A DNA stretch of 63,714 nt, the filler included, from Perkinsus chesapeaki ATCC PRA-425 (taxonomy: Eukaryota; Protista; Perkinsozoa): assembly GCA_013115145.1 (NCBI GenBank). It is 6 parts of 6 records of this genome, joined end to end, with 100 filler letters (N's around TTAATTAATTAA, not from the genome) between each part and the next. Parts side by side here need not be neighbours in the genome. Positions count along the whole stretch, not along the records: positions 1 to 31,478 come from JAAPAO010000420.1; 5 more parts are not named here. The stretch is one strand, 5' to 3'. How positions within the stretch are numbered: the first letter of the stretch is position 1; every line of letters begins with the position of its first letter. The notes beneath the pieces were generated by a model. The model was not told where the DNA came from and did not search any database. It saw nothing but the letters and a program-made list of their open reading frames with translations. Both the position numbers and the translations under genes were made by a program. This document shows, piece after piece, positions 11,201 to 21,312 of this stretch.

Positions 11201-14200
11201 GTTCTGAAATTTGAAGGGTGACAAGCCTTCAACATATAGTAATACATACTTGAAGTACAAGGTCAAATACGAAACGGTTTGTGTTACATAACAGGGCGGG
11301 CGTTATTTGCATCCTACTTAGTCATGAATGGTAAGACTACCGCGCTATGCCATACACAGAATGTGGGTAGTGAAGAGAGCGTCTAGTCGTGTGCCAGAGG
11401 AGCTAACCTTACCCTTCTTCCCGGCAACATAAAGTTAAGTCCGCTGGAATTGCCGCTACTTTGGCTCATGTTCTTACCGATTATTTGGGCACCAGCTTGA
11501 CCGAATCCAACCTACATACAAACAACTCATCCAGGAACTCATTCGATAGGAAAGTCGAGGACGCTACTAAAATATAACAGGAAGCATCTCATCGGCTCAA
11601 CTGGTCTTCCGGCAACTACGATATAGTCCCAATTTCCCCATCTTGTGTAATGCCGTTTATACGGCTACCTCACCCTCAATAATCCTCCTATCTTTAATAT
11701 AGTATTCTCAAGCATATCGGTCTCCATCTCCTTATCCCTCGTCGCGGAGGATACCTTCTTAGACTCTAAAAAGGAAAGTGAACGCCTTCTGAATTCCTTC
11801 CGGCTACTTCTGCCTTTCTTTCGAGAATGCCGGTCACTTGAACCCTCGTGATCATCCGCGTGCCTGAAAGCCACCAGTGCATCCTGCTCCGATCAGTTAC
11901 TCGATAATTTTGGAACCGCGCATGTCAACTAATCTTCCCAAAAGTGGAATCGTTTCTCTTTGCCATGCAGACATTCGTTAATGGCTAAAATTTCATAATA
12001 GTAACTCGTAGTCGATGTCATAGCTTATTTCATTACCTACACGTAGGACCTACGACTTCTGTTAATAGGAGAAGAGAGATGCCTGTCGATGGCATGTAGA
12101 GCTTCATTGTGTAGTAGCGAGCCGTCGGTGACTGGATACGCGAGATTGACTTCTGTTATGTCATAAAGCCTCAGTCTGTGCCTCTGAGGCACTCGATCAG
12201 CCAGGAAGATCGAAGGAAATGGCCTTATTTTGTGGTCCTATAGTGTAGTGGTTAGCACTCTGGACTTTGAATCCAGCGACTCGGGTTCAAATCCCGATAG
12301 GACCTTTTCAATACAAAAAAATTATTCTCAGACAAAGACCATACCCAGCCTGAAGAATTCTCAAAATTACCCATTTTCAGAGCCATCAGAGTCATCCAAA
12401 TCTTGCTCATCTTGCTCTACCTCAGGCTTCCTCAACGGATCATCTGCCAGCTGCTTAACAATATTCACCATTTTCTCTATGGGAGCAATAACCACCTTCT
12501 GTGTGTCGGAACCTAAACCGCATACCATGGCAGATTGCCATAAGATAGCGATTTAATCTTCTCCTATATTAGCACATAATTTAACTACTCCACATGGCGT
12601 GTGTGTGAGTTTATAGTCCAACGCCGAAATTGGCTTAGTTAGACTATCCAATCTATGTTCTGCAGCTTCAGAGCGAGAGTTTAATACCTATACTGTTATT
12701 GTCATTGTAGGGTTCACTAAAGGGAATGTTACTAGTCTCAAGAGATCATCATACTTGTGGCAATCCTTCCAGATGCGAATGCACTCATTCACATAGTCGT
12801 CACCAAAAGCAGAAATGACATCAACATCTGTAGTAGTATGTTTACACATCATTAGAAATGTATAATACAAACTTATTATTATAATGTATTTAAATGCTAA
12901 CCATCAATACCTCTGACTTCTTCTATAAGATCTATCCGTGATGTACAGTACCAACCGTACCGTTATACAAACGGGCTTTTTGAAGCGGATTTCACAAACG
13001 AGAATGTTGAACTTGGATTATACCGCAATAATAACATTTCGGAGAATAATTGTCATTTGTTGACAAATGTGAAATCCTAATTTTCGATATGATGCAAATT
13101 CTGATGAGCTATGGATTTGGTTAACCGACTGCACCTTTCTCCACGTTGTGTGTTCTGTCCCCACTCACTAAATAACATCGCTCCGAGGCCCAACAAGACC
13201 ACTATCATGCTGGTCTGTAACATCGACATCTTAGCCTCATCTTGCTTTCTTTTTCTGTCCAAGAATTTAGCCGAGACCATCAGGTCCGCACACGGCGAGT
13301 CTGGAGCTCTACACATCGGTGGTGTATATCTGATCATCGCGGCCATCACGTGGATGCTTCAGCGGTTAGCGGTCGACAAACGACCGTTGAGCCGATTGGC
13401 CGATATAGATGTGTCTATAACAATAAAATATGTATGTAGATATTTTTGGTACAGTGATTCTTCATAGTTCTCCGTCAAACGGGCGACAGATTAAGCGAAA
13501 ATCGGACTTCAGGAAATCATTCAAGTCGGGCTGAGCCAGCCATCGTGGTCGATATAACTGATTTAATATCTTTCCATAACTTCTAGCAGCTTCAATCAAC
13601 ATAAGGAAGAAAAACAGTAGACTCGATAATATATTATCAACCCTTCCAGATCGGTAGAGTAAGCTTATCGATGTCGTTGCTTATCATCATCATTTTATGA
13701 TTGTCGCTGAGGACCATCAACTGTTAGGAAAGTAATTGATTTCCCCTTTCGGTCTAGGCACACACTCTCAACCACATTTCCATCATCCTTCAGCACCAGT
13801 AACAGTGTTACTGTAACACATTTCTGTGCCGCCGACCGACCCTTTAATGCTCACACGACACTCCGGATCTCCGAATCCCTCCAGGGGCAATCGTCATTCC
13901 CAACTTCATCACCACCAAATCCACAGCTCGTGTGGGCACGCCAACAGCAACACGGTCCAGTCGCCTCAAGACCTATGACCAACGGGCGAAAAGTTCAGCA
14001 AAACCCCGACCGATTTCTGGATCTTTTCAAATTTCTGGTTGTTTGACCCTTCTCTTTAAATTAGTGTATATCCACATTCGACACACTCAAGAGGCGTCGG
14101 AACACCGATGACTGTGATGGCGTGTTCGGATATCGATCTTCTGTTAGTGGGGCGGAAATATGCCTTTATTTGTATCACTAAGACTCTAATGACTTCCCTT

Positions 14201-17200
14201 AGTTCAACGAGTGCCAGCTTGTCTGTGCTCCGACAGTGTTGCGGGAGATAGCAAACCCGATGACTCACAGCAAGTGTCAAAGCCAGCAGGTAAGCCATTA
14301 TTTGGTATAGAGAAATCCATAGTATACAAATTGGCTGTAGCAGGATGGCATCTGCTTGTTTCTATGTACCTTAATATCGGGATATCCAACACTCACCCTG
14401 ATCAGATATTAAACACGTTCTACGAGTAGCGCTTTCTCGGTAGTGCGTCGCTGGTGCATTGTGACCGAATCCTTTCGCGTGCGTTTGCGTATGCGTGCAA
14501 AGATACGCTTTTATTGCGACACTCATGAACTAATTGTGATTGCTTCGTCTGGGCACTGTTGTTGTTGTTGATGAAGGACGGTTATAAACACGCTATTTTT
14601 TTCTATACCTATTCTCATTTCCAGTAAGCAATTAAGTTCTATTATATGCATATTGTGCGCCCACATTTGTTAGGCAAATTCGAAAAAAAGCTAGAATTTG
14701 ACGAATAAAACGGGTTTCGATACGAAATCAATATGCGTTGCGTAGACATCACGGACCTATATAATTGTCATGACAGACCAAATCGATCACCGTTTCATCG
14801 CTCTAGGATAAAGGTTATTTTCCGGTCGGCAGTGTGATGTAATAATAGTCGAGATCCTTAACTGTTGAATAACATTAGGACAGCTAAGAGGATTTTGCTG
14901 AGTGCACCAAGTTGAGCTTTCCCCAGTACCATTCTCTTACTAATGTAGAAATACAACATCTTCACAAAATTCTGAATTAATAATGTGCCTTATTTTTAAT
15001 ATATACTCTCCGATCATCAGTTAACCGAGGCATTTTCCAACTCAGTTTACCAACTTACTAATTACACTACCACTTGATCCTTTTACACAAACTCTCCAAC
15101 CTCTCGCGACTCGAATACGCGACTGATTTCATGGAATCTTTGGTAGATCCCATCGCAGCTATCGCCAATAGTTACATTCAACTTGAATGATTAAAGTGCT
15201 CACTTGCATGAATTTATGGTCGAAAACTGTCAGCTGCAGCTGCAGTTGTGGATATCTCAACACTTTTGTGATCCTTGACGATCAACAAATACCTCCCCCG
15301 TGCCTCACGTGATGCTCTTGATCCTCCCTGGAGGGTCAGCGGTGAGATCGGGTATTTCCAACCATAACAGAGGCTCGTTAACCTTGGCATCCAGACCCTC
15401 CGATGATCGAGAGACTTGCGAATATCTGAGAAGTTCTTATCTGCTCCTCGGAACAAGTTGAAAAGTAATTTTGACAACTCACTCATAAATCATGAACTGC
15501 CAACCTTCGAGGGTGAAATCCGCCAAGTCGAGCGACCCATTGCAGGTGGAGGAGCTTGCGGATAGGCCTTGGGCTCGAGCGATGAAGTCGACGGCAGAAC
15601 CTAACAGGAGAGATAGGAGAAATATGTTACTAGTGATACGGAGGAGGAAGAGGAGGAGATATTTTACTAGTGCTGATGACGAGTAGGAGGAGGTGACGTA
15701 GCTGTATAATTGCCTATTGCTTACCACACACGCTTCTCCCTGCCCAGAATAACTGCTCCAGCCCTGCCTCGTATGCCAGGTTAGTCTCCGTCAATTCTAT
15801 AAGTGGAAGGACCAACATCATCGACAGAACCTGATGATACAAAATATTCAAACTGCACTGCGCAACACAACTTTAGCAAGAGGGCGCGTTTCTTATAATT
15901 CTCGATGCATTTGCGACCTGGAAAAAGACTTTTTTGAACCAGGTGACTTACCGTAAGTGTCTAATAGGTATCTCAACAGGAAATAATGATATTGTGAATA
16001 CTCATGGACAAACCGTCCTTGCTAAAGCTCTGGTGTGCACTATATACCGAGATAACTATTTAAAAGATATCGTTAATACTATTAGGCTGCCGCCCAACGA
16101 ATGCCAATCCTTGAAAGCCTGGAAGCTTTCCGACATGAAATCAGTCTCAATTATTGATAATCATATTAACCTCTATAAGAGCGATGCTACTCTTCGATTT
16201 TCATATCAGGTCTTAAATATATCGTCGACTTTTTTTAATAAAGTCTCCCAACTAGCCCACATAACCTACCCCAATGATAACCCTCCGAGTCGTCTGTTCA
16301 CTCAGCATCTTACCAAGTCGACTCGCTTCAATTCGCTGCTGTTTATTCGCTCCAGGTTCAACAGGGGCAACTTCTGTAGCCGCCATAGAGTTGCTTCGCG
16401 CCTAAGGACGATCTCTGGAAGAAACCCTTCATCCAGCGTGGTCCTATAGTGTAGTGGTTAGCACTCTGGACTTTGAATCCAGCGACTCGGGTTCAAATCC
16501 CGATAGGACCTTCTTACCGCAAAAGGCGATACTTCCTCTTGATCATCCAACTCTGACCGTTTGCCATTTCCTGACCAACACATCTCAATTCGACCCTCGA
16601 AGAGCCTTCTTTTGGTTGACCGTCAATTCGCCGTGAAGGAGCCCCTTTGGGACATCCTCGAATGACCAACTTGTTAAAAGAAGTAGTTAATCCATCACTG
16701 AGATGGCTGCTATCACCGATTGTGGGAATGATAATGAGTTTTGTGCTTCTATTGTTTTATACACTTATCTCCAACATACTATTGTTTTTAACATTTATTT
16801 ATAATGTTCTCCATTATTTTCATTTCCCCCCTCAGACCCGAATTTCCATCCACCTACTCCTAAAAAGCTTAGTTAAATTAACAACTCTCAACAATCTCAC
16901 CAACCGCACCAATCTAACAATCCTTCCAGCTCGAGTACCTGATGCCATCGAATCACCAATCACCAACAGACATGCCTTACCAGCTCTAGAAGCTCTGCCA
17001 GCCCGAGCCACGCCACTCTGACCTCCTCCTCCACCTTGTGAACCAGAATCACCTAAAGTGCTTCCGCTGGGATTCGAACCCGCGTGCCCAGTATTACCCA
17101 TATCATACAGGTCTGCTAAAAATGCTGTAAACCAACCTATATCAGGTATTAGAGATGCAGTTGCCACACAATCGAGCCAGAAAAAAAAGGACCATTTGTA

Positions 17201-17780
17201 ACTGACGAAAATCCCCACATTCATTCCCTTGTCGATTTTTTCCAGGTCCAAAAAGTGTATCTTATTTTCTGTGGAATTTTCACCTTTTTCTCCTTGCCCT
17301 AATATAACAAGTACGCAAGCGGAATTTTTTCAAAATTTTCTTGAATTTTCGCGAATTTTCGTCATTTTTTTCGCAAATTTTCGTCGTCACGATTGATCTA
17401 GGGAGAAGTACCGCATCCCAACCCACTCATCCTGTATTATCGAATTGATTGTCAGTTCCACCATGAAACAAATAAGAGCAAAAATAAATGACACATAAAA
17501 TGCGCCGTCCGCGGATTTGTACCTACGTGGTCGATCGCTCTCCCGTCCGAGCAATTATCCTTACGTTGAGTAGATCCTGAGGTCATCTCCGTACAGTGCA
17601 AAAATGGTTAAGACTGTCATAAAGATTTGGACACTCTTCGACTCCATAAATTGTGTTAATTTCTGAGGGGAAAATCTCCGGAAAATATTTCCACGAAAAA
17701 CTCCCAGGAAAAATCTTGAAAGTTTCCGTCAATTTCTTGGACGACCGATGAAGCCGATGTTCTTGAACATAACCCATTTA
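8257..17780 (-). CDS. Alveolate ion-channel/adenylyl cyclase (AC-alpha type), many exons
   Basis: S1 FMTVLTIFALYGDDLR; S3-S4 FWLDCVATASL..ARAGRASRAGTRAGRIVRLVRLVRLLR; EASRLGKMLSEQTTRRVII; IAPIEKMVNIVKQLADDP; ETDMLENTILKIGGLL; cyclase core YAYCDIRKF..VMVFVNKIARIVH..ANKNLGDSFLLTW..HCGWSIEGAIGSEQKIDATY; C-terminal GSWQKAK..GDGPSRAL. Start codon uncertain. Confidence 0.92.
12234..12305 (+). tRNA. trnQ-UUG: tRNA-Gln(UUG), copy 2, antisense within an adenylyl cyclase intron
   Basis: Identical 72-mer to copy 1, followed by TTTT. Lies between the IAPIEKMV exon and the ETDMLENT exon. Confidence 0.97.
15600..15690. repeat. Degenerate copy of the 55-bp satellite also present at 31406-31700
   Basis: AAATATGTTACTAGTGATACGGAGGAGGA is shared exactly with the array flanking the 31479 gap. 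Confidence 0.75.
16440..16511 (+). tRNA. trnQ-UUG: tRNA-Gln(UUG), copy 3, antisense within a 116-nt adenylyl cyclase intron (16402-16517)
   Basis: Identical 72-mer. No TTTT immediately downstream; the trailer TTCTTAC contains the minus-strand GTAAG donor. Confidence 0.95.
17053..17097 (-). pseudogene. Probable 45-nt intron composed of a tRNA 3' end (Ser/Leu-like)
   Basis: GTAATACTGGGCACGCGGGTTCGAATCCCAGCGGAAGCACTTTAG. It is in frame (15 codons, no stop), so splicing is inferred from GT..AG, length and tRNA character. Confidence 0.6.
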
Positions 17781-17799
17781 ATGGAATTCTAACTAGGCC

Positions 17800-19095
17800 A
17801 AACTAAAAGACTGCCGGATGATAATAGGATAATTGTTCCTTAACGAAGCCTTTCAGGAACCTATTTCCCAGATATTTACGTCATTTGGGCGGAGGAGACC
17901 GTATTGGGAGATTATTAATATCAATGAAATTTTTGTCATGTTACTTCTCTTAAAGATATTTTAGTCTCAATTTTCTTTATATCATCTTCTGTCGTCTCAT
18001 CACCAAGCGGTAGGATAGGATCACCGTGAGTGAACAACTGAAAAGATACAAAATAGGTTAACTTGAGTACGATCCATCTGAATTCCACACAGAAATTATT
18101 TCCCTTGAAAAGACCTACGGGCGTGTCAATAAATGCAATATTATTTATCTATCCATCTTACTTTATCCTTTGATGAGATGTAACGTTGTCTTAGCCTCGA
18201 TAGCAAATATATTACTCTTGATACAACTGAGAAGTGATATATTATATCAGCTTTAACTGAGTGCTTAGATGTCAGTTCATGCTTCTGACCTGGGGCGTAT
18301 ATAAAAACGGTACACGTTGACACCGAGGTTCGAATCATGTGGACCGTCGAGCTAGTAAAAGCTCTATATTACAAATTTTTAATAATATAATTGGTAATAC
18401 CATTAATAGTCGAAGAAGAGTACGTTCCCAGAAGTGATGTATTTCACACTTTCGGAACCTTTCACTAGGAACATATTTTTCCAGATTTCTAGAGTCAATA
18501 ATCCTTCTTTAAATAACAGACATCCCGTGGAACGGGTTTTAACCGGTTAAAAAGGTTTTTAAGGAGTAACTAACTTTAAAGAAGCTTGTGACATAGGCGC
18601 CCGGAGCGTCCGTTCCAGTGACACTTGATGATTACTGATAACAATTGTTGACTTTACCAATAAAATGTATCGTCTGCATTAATCGATCCGAAATTGAACA
18701 TACAGCTTAATCCCCCTAGTAGACACCTCCTTTATATTATTAAAAACATTAAATGGTATTGTGACCTGCTTCCTGACCCCAACAACGATTTTTTTCTGCA
18801 ATTCTAACGGCCGAAAAATATTTTTCCCGAATTTTCCGTGAAATTCCCCCCAGTATTAGCTTTGCATTCGATATAGTACCTCCTGTGGTCATGGTCAAGG
18901 TGGTTGATGGGGTTGAGGAGGCAACAGTAGGGAAAATGCGCTGTTGGAAAAGCGCACGCCAACAAAAATATAAAAATGGGTAAAGCAGGGTGAAGGGCCC
19001 ACGGGAGGCCTTAGCCTATCCGTGGAGAAGCCGGTATAACTTGACTCAGCATTACCACCACCACTCGGTAGACGCAATTCCTCAGTCGTAGGCAT
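17800..19095 (-). CDS. Hypothetical multi-exon gene (may be an upstream extension of the adenylyl cyclase)
   Basis: ORF 18895-19095 plus exon-like frames (LFTHGDPILPLGDETTEDDIKKIETK) bounded by GT/AG. Confidence 0.4.
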
Positions 19096-19169
19096 GAGAA
19101 TGAGAGACTATCGAGTACGAGATTACAAGCTGAAACAAAGCAGATATCATGCTCATAACTCATATCTCA

Positions 19170-20830
19170 TCAAACTATACTAATCATCATTAATTAGGGC
19201 CATCATGAGAGTGGTCCTCAGCGAAACCGTCGGGCCGTTTCTCCTAGAGGGGCGGAGCGATGTAAAATATACAGTGACATTATCTTCATATGCCCTACAG
19301 CGGGAGTGACTAAGGATCAAAAAGTTACAATGCCAACCACCACCGAATAAAAAAACATATCGATTGCAGGTGCAAGTCCTGGCGTATGCTCCTCGGAAAA
19401 GCGCACGTCTCCTTGGGATTTTGTAATGTTCTCTACTACGTCTCCTCGGTAGAGATGGTATTCGGTTGGTAGAAAAATGTGATTAAAATGAATGGTATAT
19501 AGTAATAGCCAGTGATGACAGTGTCCGGCTTAAACGTTCATAAAAAACTACTGGTCTTAATTAGCAGCAAGCTTACAGAACACCTTTAACAAGTGTCCCT
19601 GTTTTTATGCCACTTTACATGGAGACCGCAGGTTGGTGGCCTGTATGTGGTCAAAGGATACCAAATGCATATAAACCTCCGTCAAGAGGAGCATATGCTA
19701 CCACTTATACATCAGCTTATGATGTTGAAGATCAAGTAGGACTAATGACCTCGAATCAACCTATATAGTATCTTTCAGCCTCGAGGTCCGTATCCTCCAG
19801 GATACGCAGGTCATCTGCCAGCTATTCGCCATAAATTTGGATACAGTATGCCGGCACCAGATGTCAATATTACCGGAATGGATAAGCGAACGTAAAGGAT
19901 AGCAAATACCCATTTTGGAAAGATTCTCCTTGAGAAGACCACAAGACTATTAATGCCGCGTTCTTAGTACTCTTTTTTATATCAGATCATCAGCAGCATA
20001 TTAATCAATATTAACATCGCAAATCTGGCTTTCGGAAATTTCGCGTTTTTGTTAAATTCTTCCTCATCTGCTATTTGTTATTGTTAACTTTCCTTCTAGA
20101 AAGGTTTGTCTTTCGATCAGATTTGGGCCCTCACTTGAATTCGCTTCGACACCCCTACCACAAAGAGCTTTTGATAGAAGCGTATCAGTGCCACAAATAC
20201 TATGCCATAAGGAAGGTGCTCGAGCCTCCAAACCAGGTAAGGAAAATCAGCAAGTAAGACGTTGAACCAGCTTTGCTTCAAACTCGATCGCGATGCTTTT
20301 TGATTCGGCTTTAGTATATTATTTCTTCGTCCCTGAAGTACAAATGATCGATGTGGCTCTAATAATGAAAAGCTCCAAATCACTGTCAATAAAATATGTT
20401 AATGCACATTTATAGAATTTTATAACCTTTCGTGGTGGTTGTAATATATTTCTTTTTGAGCAGTCAAAGCTCGATCACTGATGTGAGGCCTAGAATCAAT
20501 GTATTGCATGCCTCCTTTCAGATCACATTTGCTATCGACAATTCCGTATTAGTAACCCCTCGAGGAGTATCTTTCTGAAAATTTAGATGCTTCACTGTTA
20601 AGTATCTCCGTGTTGCACTTGAAGATTTTTTCCAATATTTTCCCAGAGGATTTGTCTACGAAATATTTCCCGATAAAATTTTCCTATTTTCGATTACATC
20701 GTCCGGATGATGCAACGGGTTGAATGGATAACAGACATTATATTTTTCTTAGATTTAACAAGATCATTCAGCATGGCTCGAAGCCTCAGAATTGATACAC
20801 AAAGGTTGGTAGCATTAAGTCGCTGCGGAG
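19170..20830 (-). CDS. Hypothetical multi-exon gene
   Basis: Exon-like frames (PKWVFAILYVRLSIP|LADDLRILEDTDLEAERYYI) between short introns. Confidence 0.4.
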
Positions 20831-21312
20831 AGGGATGACTTCCTCTAGGTCCCCACGTCTGGCTTCATCGTATGCTTCGGCTTATGGTAGCCCAAAGCGA
20901 TTTCTGATGCAAAAACCCTCGACGGTGAGAAAGATTCTTAGGAGGTTGATTGGATAACCATCTCAGGATGTTGCATCACCGTCCGGTTCTGGTCTTGGAT
21001 ACACCCCCAATTCCGTGGCCATGCGCGGTGTTGAATGGCTTCCTTAATGTAAGCATCAAATACTTATTTTTCCGCAGTAAACATTTTATTTATCAGTTCG
21101 ACGAGAACACTGCATGCATTATTGTTTTGTCAGATTTTCGTGGTGCGTGACTTTCATGATGTGTTAACTGTTGATGTTGGTATTGCATATAGCCTTGAGT
21201 TTAAGTTAATGTAAAATAATTGAATTTCGTCGATGAAATGTTGTAGGAAATACGAGGGATCACTTCAACTGAAATGACCATCAGAATGTGCCCCCATCCC
21301 AGTTGACTTTTA

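Noticed and set aside
15934-16449. 171-aa plus-strand ORF, and similar antisense ORFs over the cyclase, Sfi1-like and E2 genes
   Set aside because: Antisense shadows of identified exons with no independent motif.
8000-16636. ORFs starting MWSYSVVVSTLDFESSDSGSNPDRTF (8000, 12230, 16454)
   Set aside because: Chance translations of the tRNA-Gln genes.
17495-17530. GGTACAAATCCGCGGACGGCGCATTTT resembling a tRNA 3' end
   Set aside because: Better explained as cyclase coding sequence (YKSADGAFY) between S1 and S2.
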